Of a stretch of DNA of 64,000 bases, positions 1-10,685 are shown piece by piece; within the stretch, counting starts at the first letter, position 1, and each line of letters opens with the position of its first letter. The stretch spans positions 4,096,001 to 4,160,000 of the forward strand of contig OZ250169.1 of assembly GCA_965237955.1 (NCBI GenBank), in the 5' to 3' direction. A model generated the notes under the pieces. It was not told where the DNA came from and did no database searches. It was given only the letters and a program-made list of their open reading frames with translations. Source of the DNA: Candidatus Marinacidobacterales bacterium (GTDB lineage: Bacteria; Acidobacteriota; Vicinamibacteria; Marinacidobacterales; SMYC01). A program made the position numbers and the translations under genes.

Positions 1-22
1 TACAGCATATATACTGTATAAT
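1..22 (+). promoter_or_regulatory. hicAB promoter/operator: inverted repeat TACAG-N8-CTGTA overlapping a TATAAT -10 box
   Basis: tacag(1-5)...ctgta(14-18), TATAAT at 17-22; in-frame GTG at 30 lies 7 nt downstream, suggesting a leaderless start. Confidence 0.55.
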
Positions 23-224
23 GGATTTGGTGCCGATATCGGGGAAAGCGATTGTGAAGCGGCTGAAGCAGAACGGATGGACGGTCAAGAGCCAGTCCGG
101 ATCTCACGTGAAGCTCGAAAACGAATTCGCAGCAATCGTCATCGTTCCGGTCCACGGCAACAAGGACCTCGGCAAAGGACTCGTCAAGAAAATCGAGAAG
201 GAAACGGGAGTTAGGCTCATATGA
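21..224 (+). CDS. hicA: HicA family mRNA interferase toxin
   Basis: GWTVKSQSGSHVKL and VPVHGNKDL motifs; overlaps hicB (ATGA). Confidence 0.9.
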   Translation: MDLVPISGKAIVKRLKQNGWTVKSQSGSHVKLENEFAAIVIVPVHGNKDLGKGLVKKIEKETGVRLI

Positions 225-646
225 TTCGTTATCAAGCTCTTATCGAGAAGGATGGAATAAGCTACAGCGTCTCATTCCCGGACCTTCCCGGGTGCTTCTC
301 CACCGGCGACACACGAGATGACGCCGCCGAGAACGCTCGCGAAGCGCTGAGCCTCTACCTGGAGGAAGCCCGAGACCCCAAGTGGAGCGTTCCGAAGCCA
401 AAGTCCCGCAAGAGCAGGCGTTACGTCTGGATTCACCCATTTGTGGACGTCGCTGTCCCGCTCATGATCCGCCAGGCACGATTGTCCCGCGGACTGACGC
501 AGAACCAACTTGCCAAGCGCCTAAAAATCACCCTCCAACAACTCCAGAAGCTGGAGACCCCCGGACGATCAAATCCAACCGTCAAGACGCTTGCTGCAAT
601 CTCGGAGGCTCTAGAAGAGGCACTTCAAATTCGGCTAGTTGCGTGA
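221..646 (+). CDS. hicB: HicB antitoxin with C-terminal XRE HTH
   Basis: YSVSFPDLPGCFSTGDTRDDA..NAREAL motif plus LTQNQLAKRL...SNPTVKTL HTH. Confidence 0.9.
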   Translation: MIRYQALIEKDGISYSVSFPDLPGCFSTGDTRDDAAENAREALSLYLEEARDPKWSVPKPKSRKSRRYVWIHPFVDVAVPLMIRQARLSRGLTQNQLAKRLKITLQQLQKLETPGRSNPTVKTLAAISEALEEALQIRLVA

Positions 647-699
647 CCCCCACCATCGAGAAAATACGGAACTCCAGGATGCACTCGGCATGGCCAGGA

Positions 700-1330
700 T
701 GAGCACATATCGTGGTAAGGCTGCGCCCCGAAGAAGGTATGGCGATCGCGAACGATCCGCAGTACGCCTTCGCTGTATCCGACGTGATTGTAGTCGGGCT
801 CTGAGCGTCGTAGTCGAACGCAACGAGGTTGCCCTGGGCGTCCAATCCTCCACGTAACCTGAAGGTATAGGCGGGACCCTTCGTATCCCAGGCGGTCTCT
901 TCGTCCCGCATCCACTGCACGCGAACCGGCCGGCCGATCTCTTTCGCCAGAAACGCGGCATCGAAGCCGACATCGTCTGCGGCCGTGCGTCCGTAGGCCT
1001 GAGGGCCTTCCATCCATACCACGCGCACCCGATCCCTTTCTATCCCAAGAAACTCAGCGACCCCGCGCCGCATGCCGTAGGATTTCATGTCGTTGGAGTA
1101 GATCGTCATCTGACCGTCGGACGGGTCGGCCAGGGCATGGGCTGGACCGAAGGCTGTATGCCCTTGGAAAGGGAAGTCGTATTCGGCTTCGACGACCGTC
1201 GCTGCGCTCTCGAGAGCCGCCTCCGGATTTCCCACCACATCCGGATCCCAGCTCGACATGGGCGTTGCGCCGCGCATGTACCCGTACAGCTCTTCGGATG
1301 TCGGAAACGGCGCAGCCGCTGAGCTTCTCC
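700..1330 (-). pseudogene. Internal fragment of a xanthine dehydrogenase-family molybdopterin-binding subunit
   Basis: AEYDFPFQGH, GRPVRVQWMRDEE, GGLDAQGNLVA; lacks N- and C-termini; boundaries approximate. Confidence 0.75.
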
Positions 1331-1334
1331 CAAT

Positions 1335-1561
1335 CTATTTTGAGTCGCCTCGAGCGAGCGTTGACGAAACAGCGTCAGCTCGTACTCGCTCATCGTGCCC
1401 TTGAGGCCGAGCAACAGTCGGTCGTTGCTCAAGCGCGGATCGTAGACGCCCTCGGGGTCGATGAGCAACGTTCCAACCAAGCCCCACAGATCGATCAGGT
1501 GATGCCAGTCGCGGTTGTTGCGTGCCAGACGTGACGCCTCCAAGCACAAGACCGCCCCCAC
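1335..1561 (-). pseudogene. Serine recombinase (resolvase-type) fragment
   Basis: GAVLCLEASRLARNNRDWHHLID...NDRLLLGLKGTMSEYEL. Confidence 0.75.
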
Positions 1562-1565
1562 CGCG

Positions 1566-3562
1566 CCGGGATAACGGCGGCTACTATCTGGACGAAGAGC
1601 ACATCACGCTCGCGGAGACGCTGCAAGAGAACGGGTACCAGACCGGGGGCTTCGTCGCAGCCTTCGTCCTCGACTTGCGGTGGGGGCTCTCTCAAGGCTT
1701 CGATCGTTACTTCGACGATTTCGATTTCAAGCAATACGATCGGATCGCTCTCGACACGGTGCAGCGGCCGGGTGGAGAGGTGCTCGAAGAGGGCCTCCGT
1801 TGGATGGAGGACGTCAAGGATCCGTTCTTTGCGTGGCTCCACTTCTACGACGTCCACACGCCCTGGGATCCGCCCGAGCCGTATCTCAGCCGATACAGCG
1901 GCTACCGCGGGAGCCGCTACGACGGCGAGATCGCCCTATGTAGATGAATTGATGGGGCAGCTCTTCGACTGGCTCGAAGGTGCTGGACTCGAAGACGACA
2001 CCATCGTCGTCTTCATCGGCGATCACGGCGAGAGCTTGGGACAGCACCAAGAGAACACCCACGGTTTCTTCATCTACGACGCCACGATGCACGTCCCTTT
2101 CGTCCTCACAGCACCCTATCGCCAGATGCCGCGGGGGCATCGGGCGCGGGCTCAGGTGCGCACCATCGATTTGATGCCGACACTTCTGGAGCTCATCGGC
2201 TTAGAGACTCCCGAGCCGGTTCAGGGAACCAGCCTCGTTCCACTCGTGACCGGGGACACCGAGGACTTGGGTCTCATGGCGTACGGCGAGTCCTTTTACC
2301 CACGACACCATTACGGCTGGTCGGAGCTCAAGTCCGTTCGCAACGGCGCCCTCCACTACATCGATGCCCCGAATCCCGAGCTTCTCGACGTCGAGGCGGA
2401 TCCTCTTCAGAAGAACAACCTCGCGCGCCAAAGAGCCGCCACCGTCCGCCGGATGAAGACCGCACTCGGCGAGCTCGTCGAGGGCTTCGGCGCCGAGGGT
2501 ATCGACGAGAAAGGCCCCGAGACTCTCGATCAGGAAGCGCAGGCACAGCTCGCGGCACTCGGGTACCTGGGCGGCCCGTCTAAAGTGAAGATCCAACCCG
2601 ATCGACCTCTCGCCGATCCGAAGGACAAGATCGGACTCTTCAACCTCATCAAGGGTGCGGGAGTGGACTCGAGCGCGGGGAACGTCGCCGAAGCCATGGA
2701 AAAGATCGAGAGAGTTCTCATCGAAGATCCGGACATCCTCGAAGCTCGCAACATCATGGGAAACCTCCTGTCGAAAGAGAGCGAGCTCGAAAAGGCCCTC
2801 GGTGCCTACCAGGAGGCCTTGGCGCGAGACCCCGAGTACAAGCCCGCGCTCTTCGGCGTCGCTCTGACCTACAAGCAGCTCGGCCGCCCCAAGGATGCCG
2901 AGGCAGGCTTTCGGCGCATTCTCGATCTCGATCCGAGAGACAACCGTGCCTATTTCAACTTGGCTCGGATTTATGCCGATCGTGATGAGTTCGCCGACGC
3001 TCTGGATTTACTGAAGCAGGCCGCCGACACCGGGAGCGAACGGGCTCCCCTTCACAACCTCATGGCGGAGTGCTACATCGGCTTGAAGGAGCTCGACAAG
3101 GCGGAGGAGGCGGTCCACCGCGCGCTCGAGATCAACTCCGAGCTCGCGACGGCCCACTATAACCTCGCCCTCATTCACGAAGAGCGCGGCGACGTCGACG
3201 CCGCCATCCAGGCTTACGTCAAGGAAGTCGAGATCGTACCGAAGGATTTCAAAGCCCACTTCAATCTGGCGAAGCTCTACGGGAGTGTTGGAGAACCTCG
3301 AAGCATGAGAGATCACTTCGAGAAAGCCATCGAAGTGAACGAGGAGTTTGCGATCGGCCATCTCTATCTTGCAAAATTCTACCTCGACGCCGAGAACCTC
3401 GAAAAAGCGCAAGAGCTCGCCGAGAAAGGCATTGCCCTCGGCCCCGAGCCCTCGATGGCGCCGCTCGGCCATTACATCCTGGCCGACGTGTACAACCGCC
3501 TCGGCCGCTACCAAGACGCCGAGCGCGAGATCCAGACCGCCACGCGGCTCGAGGGATCTTAG
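1566..3562 (+). pseudogene. Sulfatase-like hydrolase with C-terminal TPR repeats; 5' truncated, frameshift near 1938
   Basis: RDNGGYYL, WLHFYDVHTPW, FIGDHGESLG, LAALGY, then TPR helices; split over ORFs 1522-1947 and 1772-3562. Confidence 0.8.
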
Positions 3563-3906
3563 ACCGGTCTTCCATCCTATCGATAGGCTTGCCGTCGCTG
3601 AGCGGTGTGGCCGCCGCCTGATCGTGCGCGTGCTCGTGGCCGAGGGGATCGAGTGGTTCCTCGGGTACCCGCTCCGCCGGGTCGATGCGCCCGGCTAAAG
3701 ACGGCGGTCCAGAATCGCTTCGATGCCAACATTCGGCGGAACGCTGGTCGAGGTTGTGGCGGCGAGTGTTACCTACCTACCTTCCGTTGATGAAGGAGCT
3801 CATTAATAGTGATGCCCAGACCCGGCACCAGCTCACGGGAGCGTTTGGATCACGTTTGTCGAGAGGGTGTTCGCGCTCGAGTTGATGGAAGAAAGGCGGT
3901 GCTCTA

Positions 3907-4045
3907 GTCCCCCGGATCTTTGATTAGTGACAAAAGTCTAAACTAGCGTGCGTGGTCAAGGTTCGCTGAAAACAGAGGGAGAAGAGCTCACCGAGCTCGT
4001 TTGACTCCGGAGTGCCCCAGTGAAGCAGTGAAGCATGCGATGCTC
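3907..4045 (+). mobile_element. IS630-like element end and degenerate N-terminal remnant
   Basis: CTA|GTCCCCCGGATCTTTGATTA matches the end of the MITE at 48341-48467 at 19/20 nt; downstream reads like a decayed EELTELV..SAPVK..KHA transposase N-terminus. Confidence 0.5.
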
Positions 4046-4364
4046 GCCCGGCGCTCTCGTTTTTCCTCCGTGTGCAATACAGCTAGCAGCAAGCAATTCG
4101 CAAACTCCACGCCGTGGCGATCCCTCTGGTCGGGGCTCCGGGGTTGGAGACCGCGGGGGTGGCTGGGTGGCGGTGGAGTTCTACGCGACTCTGGACGTGA
4201 GAAAAAATCGCGTTTCCCAAGGGAGATGGGGATGGTTGGTCCACACTTCTGTCAACTAGGGGGTCGGGTCCGCGCGGTACGGATTCACCCGATATCGTAT
4301 CGGCGTTTCGTTGGTGCTCTATGACTAGCGCTTTAACAAGTCGGGCTGCGTGTGCTCAACGCGC

Positions 4365-5931
4365 TCACGTCGGCACGAGTGTCGATACCATCTTCGGCCT
4401 CCAGCGGAGGCGAATCCACTGCAAGATATCGTAGGTGAGGGCGACCCACAGAGATTCAGTGCGCACTTTGGCGACTCCGCGCACGCTAAACTGCCGCAGG
4501 CCGAACTTGGTTTTGATCCAGAGATTCGGAAACTCGGCCACCTGCGAGCGTGTCTTATAGATGGCCTTGGCTTCGTCGGTCTGCATCTTCTTCCGGAACG
4601 CGGCTATGTCGGGCAAGAGTTCGCGCCGCTCGATCGAGCGGCCGTGCTGCGTACGAGGACAACACTGCTCTTTGGCCGGACACGTCTGGCAGTCTTGCTT
4701 AGACGCCTTATATCGATAGCGCATCGTGCCATGGCTTTCCTGCTTGGCGTCGTAGCGTAAGTGCTTGCCCTGCGGGCACACATACGTGTTGGTCTGCGTA
4801 TCGAAGACAAACTTCGACGCCTCGTATTCCGCTTTCACGCCGTGGTGCTTATACGACTTGCGCCGATTGGCCTCTGCTGCCTTGTTCTCGTGGTCGGGGC
4901 CGACGAGATCGATGCCGCGCTTCGCCATCTCCGCGATGTTGTTGCTACTTAATGTAGCCTCCATCTACGACCATCTGCTCGGGCGCACGCTGCATGCTCT
5001 GCTCAATCCGTTCTATGGCCGGCGTCAGCTGCTGATAATCGCTACCGGCCTGCGTGGCATCGATGTCGACAATCAGGCCGTGTGCGGCATCCGTTGAGAC
5101 TTGGACGTTGTAGTTAGGTGCGGAGCCGCCCTCGGCTTGCTTCATCACCCGCGCGTCGGGATCGGTCGTGCTCACGCGGTCTATGCGGCTTTTCGCGGCT
5201 TTCAGCTTGTCATACTCCTTCAACGCTGATTCTAGACGATCCTGTCTCTCTCGCCTGGCGCGTTGCTGCGCTGCCTGCATCTGCCGGCTCGATTCCTCCT
5301 CCGTCTGGGCGTTGAGAGTCTCTACCGCCTCACGCGCCTGCTCCAGACACTCTTCGACCGTCGGCTTGCGGCGAAATCCACTCGACGAAGCGTTCGCGCG
5401 CACCTTCGTCCCATCCAGCATGACTCGCTCGAGCGTGATCAATCCGTCCGAACTCAGAACTCCCAGAGCTTGCACAAACAACTCGTCCAGGATCTCCCTA
5501 TGAATCATCCGAAAGTCCGACAGCGTGTGCGCACTGATGCTCTGCATTCCGCTGAGCCATTGATACGCCGGATGATGTTCGCACAGCCGCTCAACCGCGC
5601 GGGCCGAACTCACGGCTTGGCTGTAGCTGTAGACCCACAGGCTCACCAGTAGCTGAGGATCAAACGCAGGCCGGCCTGCGCCACCCGCGACCGAGCGGAC
5701 TTGATCCGTGTACCCGCTGAGATCCAGCCGACCCACGAACTCCCAGATCGCACGCGCTGGGTGATCCTCTGGGATCAAACGCTCCACGTCGACCGTCCGC
5801 AGCAGCAGCTGCGCCCTATCGACCACCTTCAACCGAGCTTGTGTCACGCGCGCTCCCTCATCGCCGTCATCACCATCGCTGCGTTTTCGCGGACTCGGAA
5901 AGCCTGGAAGTGACGTTTGCTTATCACCCAC
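4365..5931 (-). pseudogene. IS1182 family transposase, single-base frameshift near 4950
   Basis: GRPAFDP, DGTKVRANAS, VSTTDPDARVMK, YNVQ, DGGY, CPQGK, C..CP....CC; ORFs 4945-5979 and 4365-4964. Confidence 0.88.
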
Positions 5932-6127
5932 GTTTACCCCGCTTCCTCCCACGCTTTGCCTTAGGCGTCCGACGCACAATCAGTGTGTTTCGATCCTCCA
6001 CCACCCACTCCAGCTCCTCGCCTGGCTCCATCTCTAGCGCCTGGGCTAAAGGTGACGGGCAAATCACATAGAACTGACGGGTGTCGTTGGCTCGCTTGAT
6101 CACCTGCAGCTTTGTCACGTATCCCAT
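5924..6127 (-). CDS. AbrB/MazE/SpoVT-like small DNA-binding protein
   Basis: QFYVICPSPLAQALEMEPGEELEW swapped-hairpin pattern; GGAG RBS; stop overlaps the transposase GTG. Confidence 0.7.
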   Translation of the reverse strand: MGYVTKLQVIKRANDTRQFYVICPSPLAQALEMEPGEELEWVVEDRNTLIVRRTPKAKRGRKRGKRG

Positions 6128-6348
6128 GCTGGTCACTCCATAACATAGCTGTACCGCTAGTCGAACTTAATTTTTTCTCACGTCCTCCGTCTAGACGGAG
6201 CTCGTTCATCGGAGAAAGTCGAGCTGTGTGCCTTGACTCATGTGAGTCATGAGCTGTGGAAGAAATGTGGAAAAACCTGTGGATACCGGCGCACACTTGC
6301 GCGCCGAGGAGGATAGCGGTCGCCATCGCCGGCGGCCGTCGGCAGGTG

Positions 6349-7107
6349 TTAACCGTCGAGCCCCGCGGGATCGCACGCGCTCTGGATGAGCTCCTTGACC
6401 CGCGCCCAGACCTCCGGGTCACGGTCCATCCGGGCGTGGGGAATCCTGAAGGCGAGCTTCCACCAGGGGACACCGTCCAGTGGGATTTCGCTTCCGGGCG
6501 GCTCCGAGTAGTCGAAGCGCCAGTTTCCGAGGATACGGGTCGCCTCCGGATCTTCAGCCCGGATGGGGTGCTCGCCGTCGAGAAACCATCCGTCGGTCTG
6601 ATAAAGGTTCGCCGCGCTCCGCACGTTCGGAGGAATGAGCGCGTCGTCTCGCCCGACGCTGTCGACCTGGACGGTCAGCTCGATGGGGACGTCGAGCTCG
6701 TTCAGCTCATGTGCGAACTTGACGACGGCGGCGCCGCCGAAGCTCTGGCCGTAGACGACGAGCCGGACATTCTGGCCATTCTGGACTGTTCCGGCCTCTT
6801 GCACGTCGATCGCGCCGTCGCCGTTCCTGTCCAGAGCATCGCGAACGGCCTCGAGGGCGACGCTACGTCGTCGGTTCTCGAACGTCTCGGCGAGGCGGCC
6901 TTCCGAACGGAGCTCCAAGGCGAGCTGCCGCACGCCCTTGCTCGAGTCGTCCCAGGCGTCGCGTCCTCCCAGAAACCCGATCACGAGACAGGAGTTCTCG
7001 GGGACCGGTCTTGGAATCTCGATGTCCGCGATCTGGATGCCGCCTCCACACCCGGAGGCCACTAGAAGCGCGATGGAGGCCACAGCACGTCGCGGATGGA
7101 AGCTCAC
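6349..7107 (-). CDS. Putative lipoprotein with alpha/beta-hydrolase-like fold
   Basis: Lipobox-like VASGC; YGQSFGG nucleophile-elbow-like motif. Confidence 0.6.
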   Translation of the reverse strand: MSFHPRRAVASIALLVASGCGGGIQIADIEIPRPVPENSCLVIGFLGGRDAWDDSSKGVRQLALELRSEGRLAETFENRRRSVALEAVRDALDRNGDGAIDVQEAGTVQNGQNVRLVVYGQSFGGAAVVKFAHELNELDVPIELTVQVDSVGRDDALIPPNVRSAANLYQTDGWFLDGEHPIRAEDPEATRILGNWRFDYSEPPGSEIPLDGVPWWKLAFRIPHARMDRDPEVWARVKELIQSACDPAGLDG

Positions 7108-7219
7108 GGCCTCTATGTTAGCGTCGGCCCCCTGCTCGAGGCGAGACGGAATTCACTTTGGCGGTGTCGCCCGTTGTATGCCGACTAGAATCGGACGTTT
7201 CTAAACGACAAGGACGTCC

Positions 7220-7490
7220 GATGTTTTCGAAGACCGCTTGCACCTGCCTGCTTGCGAACGGGTTCTCACTCGCTGCCGCGGCGCCCGCCGTTGCGCAGAA
7301 ACCCAAGATCGCGGTTTTCTCGGGCCCGACGGCCACGATCCAAAACAGCGAAGCACTCGTGTTGATGGCTTGCCTCATGAAGTTCGGTAGCCTGCCGGTC
7401 CCGTCGGACCCGGAGCATCCGACCGAGAGAGAGCTCGGCGCCATTCGGACGACGGTCACGTTATATCAAGCGGTGTTCGACTCGCACTGA
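7220..7490 (+). pseudogene. Asparaginase-like protein collapsed by internal deletion
   Basis: N-terminal KPKIAVFSGPTATIQNS joined directly to C-terminal LMACLMKFGSLP...YQAVFDSH. Confidence 0.5.
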
Positions 7491-7509
7491 ACGATACCGC
7501 TCGAATCCG

Positions 7510-9072
7510 TTACGGTTCGCCGGCAAGCGCGGGGGTTGTCGCCGGTGGACGGCGGCGGTGCGTCCCCTGCTCATACGCGTACGCGTACCGGATGAGCAGC
7601 CCTTCGGTAAACGGCCTTCCCATTAGCTCGAGCCCTACGGGAAGTCCAGCGCTGGTGAAACCCGCGGGTACAGTCAGCGCGGGGAATCCGATGACCGGGC
7701 TCAGATAGCGGTTGTTACCGATGCCGTAAGCGTCTTCGGTGTTGGCGTTCGTCGTCGCATCCGGCGCAATCAGACTCGTCTCGTGATCGAACGTCGCGTA
7801 CACGAGCACGTCGAGATCGTGGTCTGCCATCACCATCAGGATGCTACGTCGAAGCTCTTCTTTTGCCTGAAGCACTTGAAAATGTTCGTGTTCATCGGCC
7901 GCTCTTCCAACCACGTTCATCAGACCACGGGCGCGCCAGGGTGTGACCTTGCCGATCAGTAGGATCTCCTGAAGCGTTTTGACCGGCGCGTTGGAATGAT
8001 CAGCCAGATACTCGTCCATGGCGTGCTCGGTGGCGAAGTTGTCGCTGACATAGGTTGGGTCGGCCAAAGCGAGTTGGGGGACGGTCAGTGGATCGACCAC
8101 GTCAGCCCCGAGTGATCTCAGATCGCCAATGGCTCGATCGATGACCGTACGAACCCTCTTGTAGTCTTCGGAAGCGGGGTCCGCCTTTGGATCCATCGGC
8201 TCGCGCACGACCCCGATGCGGGCACCGTTCAAGCCATCCTCTCGGAGAAACGCGGTGTACGTATCGGGCACGTGGTTCACCGAGTACGCGGTGATGGGGT
8301 CGTTCGCATCGTAGCCAGCGACAACATCTAGAAGAATCGCGGCATCTTGGACCGTGCGCGTCATCGGTCCCAACGTGTCGTTTGCCGGGTTTGCCGGCAT
8401 CATGCCGTAACGGCTCACCAGCGGCGTAGTGGGTCTCAAACCGACCAGGCTATGGACGGCTGCAGGACCACGGATCGAACCGCCGGTATCTTCTCCAATG
8501 CCGATCATCCCGAAGTTGGCAGCAACCGCCGCACCGGTGCCACCCGAAGAGCCGCTCGGGTTGCGAGCCGGATCGTAAGCGTTTCGAATCATCCCGTAAG
8601 CGGAGCCAACGTAGCGAGACGCAAACTCACCCATTGCGGTCTTGGCCAGAATGATGGCGCCAGCGTTTTTCATGTTGATAACGATGGTGGCGTCCCTTTG
8701 GGGGACGAAGTCCTCGAAGATGGCCGAGCCGTACGTCGTCGGCATGTCGCTCGTCTCGACCTGGTCTTTGAGGAGAACCGGGATGCAGTGCAACGGCCCA
8801 GCGAGTCCCGACGACTCGAAGGCCGCGTCGAGCGCGTCCGCCTCCACGAGTGCGCGCGGGTTGATGAATTGAACCGCGTTCAGATTGGGCCCCTTGCGGT
8901 TGTAGGCCTCGATGCGGTCCAGGTAAAGCTGCACGAGCTTGCGGCAGGTGATGTGGCCCGCGCTCAGCGCCCCGTGGACGTCGTCAATGGTCGCCTCGGC
9001 AAGACGAAACTCCTGCGCGCTCGCGACGCTCGCAACCAGAAGCCCGGCAACGATCCATGACCGAAAACGCAT
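7510..9072 (-). CDS. Amidase signature family protein, secreted
   Basis: GPLHCIPVLLKD, PSGSSGG, GEDTGGSIRGPA; signal peptide. Confidence 0.92.
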   Translation of the reverse strand: MRFRSWIVAGLLVASVASAQEFRLAEATIDDVHGALSAGHITCRKLVQLYLDRIEAYNRKGPNLNAVQFINPRALVEADALDAAFESSGLAGPLHCIPVLLKDQVETSDMPTTYGSAIFEDFVPQRDATIVINMKNAGAIILAKTAMGEFASRYVGSAYGMIRNAYDPARNPSGSSGGTGAAVAANFGMIGIGEDTGGSIRGPAAVHSLVGLRPTTPLVSRYGMMPANPANDTLGPMTRTVQDAAILLDVVAGYDANDPITAYSVNHVPDTYTAFLREDGLNGARIGVVREPMDPKADPASEDYKRVRTVIDRAIGDLRSLGADVVDPLTVPQLALADPTYVSDNFATEHAMDEYLADHSNAPVKTLQEILLIGKVTPWRARGLMNVVGRAADEHEHFQVLQAKEELRRSILMVMADHDLDVLVYATFDHETSLIAPDATTNANTEDAYGIGNNRYLSPVIGFPALTVPAGFTSAGLPVGLELMGRPFTEGLLIRYAYAYEQGTHRRRPPATTPALAGEP

Positions 9073-9130
9073 CGTTCACCTCCCGGTGGAACCGTGCCAT
9101 CTTAGGGGTAGCGAGGAGGGGAGGCAACCT

Positions 9131-9402
9131 CTAATAGACGACATCCATCACCCAGATATCGCCGAGGTTTTCTTGCCAGACGAAGTAGAGGTAGTTCCGT
9201 CGGTGGCGAGCGCACTCCGGCCCATCTGGCCCATACGGCCGCTGAGATCGGCCATGGGTTGCTCGGAACCGTCGTCGAGCGAGACGGCCCAGATGTCACC
9301 GGCGCGATCGTCCGTGGCGATGAAGTAGAATTCATCCATCTGAATTCCCATGAGCTGGCTCTGGTCACCATGTAGACCAAGCCAGCTCCATCCGGAAACC
9401 AA
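9131..9402 (-). pseudogene. C-terminal TolB-like beta-propeller fragment
   Basis: GDIWAVSL...ALATDG..YFVWQENLGDIWVMDV read across a frameshift. Confidence 0.4.
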
Positions 9403-9468
9403 ATGGGAAGGTAATCTTCGGTTTGCGTCGAACGTTAGCTGTTGGGCGTTCGCGAGTCGGGTGAGAGG

Positions 9469-9892
9469 TTAGTCGCGTGAGCTTACCTGGACGAACAACT
9501 CGCCAGTTTTAGGACTCAGCTCAGGAAGCCCAGGGTGCGCTTGGATTCTCTCGTCGCCGGAGACGCGAGCTTCATCGTTAGAGGATATGACGAGTACTCG
9601 GGTGGCCTCACCGAGGCGCATCCCGGCCTCGTTCGTACCGAGCACGAAGTCAGGATGACGACGGACCCACGCACCAAGGGTAATGACGACGTCCAGTCAC
9701 CGTGTCTTGTTGGAAGTCTCCGCCAGGTGGCATGAACAGAAGCCTCCCGTCGACATACTCGAGGCTTCCTGCGACCTTCGGCCAGGTTTCGAGCTTGTTG
9801 GCGTCGAACCGGGCGGGAGGCACCATCTCTACCGGGAAACGGACGGCCCTCGGCAGCGAGATGACTTCGTCATAGCGTGAAATCGTCGACAT
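9469..9892 (-). pseudogene. Uma2 family endonuclease, frameshifted/deleted
   Basis: LEYVDGRLLFMPPGG N-terminal motif; LPELSP...LF C-terminus. Confidence 0.6.
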
Positions 9893-9920
9893 TTGAGTAG
9901 ATCTTGGCACGGTCGGGAGC

Positions 9921-10194
9921 TTACGGCAACACGGTGACGCTGGTGACGGCGTCTACGTTCACGGGGCCGTATATGTGCGGGAACATCTCGCCCGGCTCTC
10001 CCTCTTCGTAGCGTATTTTTCGCTCGTTAGCCGTTCGACGTTGATCTCGAGGATGATGAGGCCGGAGTTGCCTGGCCTTCGTTCGAGCAGTGGATGAATC
10101 CCTCCGTCTCGAGAGATTCGTGTCGGTACGAGCCGGTAGCCTTCTGCTGCTCCCAAACCTGGAGCGTGGTGATGTGAAACATTCGTGCGTTCAT
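9921..10194 (-). pseudogene. DUF952 domain protein, frameshifted
   Basis: FHITT..W, SLETEGFIHCS, FPHIYGPVN. Confidence 0.8.
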
Positions 10195-10685
10195 TCGAGC
10201 TCCCGTGGGCGCCAGAGGTTTTTGAGCTTCACCTCGACGCCGAGCTCGAGCTTGCGCCAACTGTCGATTTTGAGCTCGAATGCGGCGAGCGCGGCGGTGG
10301 GGAAGGGCTCCTTCTGTCCCGACAGCATGTTCACGAGATCCTCCATGCCGGGGTTGTGACCGATGAGCATGATGCGGCCCAGTGTCTCCTCGGTCCGCTC
10401 TTGCGCGTATCGCAAGATCTCACCCGCCGTCGCGAGATAAAGCTCGTCGGTCAGAGTAATCTCGCCGGCGTAGCCACAGGCTTCGGCAGCGGCTTCCGCC
10501 GTACTCCGCGCACGCACGGCCGTCGACGACACGACGAGGTCAGGCACCATGTTTTTCTCGCGCAGCAGGTGGCCCATGAGCGGCGCGGTCTTCTTGCCGC
10601 GCTTGTTCAGCGGCCGGTCGTGGTCGGTGAGACTCTCGTCCTTCCAACTCGATTTGGCATGTCGCAGAAGCAAGAGCGTTTTCAT
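10191..10685 (-). CDS. sixA: SixA-type phosphohistidine phosphatase
   Basis: LLLLRHAKSSW, DRPLNKRG, SSTAVRARST, IGHNPG. Confidence 0.88.
   Translation of the reverse strand: MKTLLLLRHAKSSWKDESLTDHDRPLNKRGKKTAPLMGHLLREKNMVPDLVVSSTAVRARSTAEAAAEACGYAGEITLTDELYLATAGEILRYAQERTEETLGRIMLIGHNPGMEDLVNMLSGQKEPFPTAALAAFELKIDSWRKLELGVEVKLKNLWRPRELE

Larger units (their letters stand above)
4191..6187 (-). mobile_element. IS1182 family element with passenger AbrB-like gene
   Basis: Perfect 16-bp terminal IR GGACGTGAGAAAAAAT at 4193-4208 and its complement at 6170-6185, enclosing the transposase and a small ORF. Confidence 0.8.

Noticed and set aside
1-20. Possible LexA SOS box
   Set aside because: Half-sites are in the opposite arrangement (ACAG..CTGT) to CTGT-N8-ACAG; better explained as a HicB operator
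4940-4965. Programmed frameshift in the IS1182 transposase
   Set aside because: No slippery heptamer; a single extra A explains the break
6256-7065. Long antisense/shadow ORFs (also 13539-14357, 27099-28127, 57182-58045 and others)
   Set aside because: They overlap well-supported genes on the other strand or frame and lack motifs; expected in high-GC DNA
9420-9450. GTTAG/GTTGGGC attC-like core
   Set aside because: No complementary arm or inverse core could be paired
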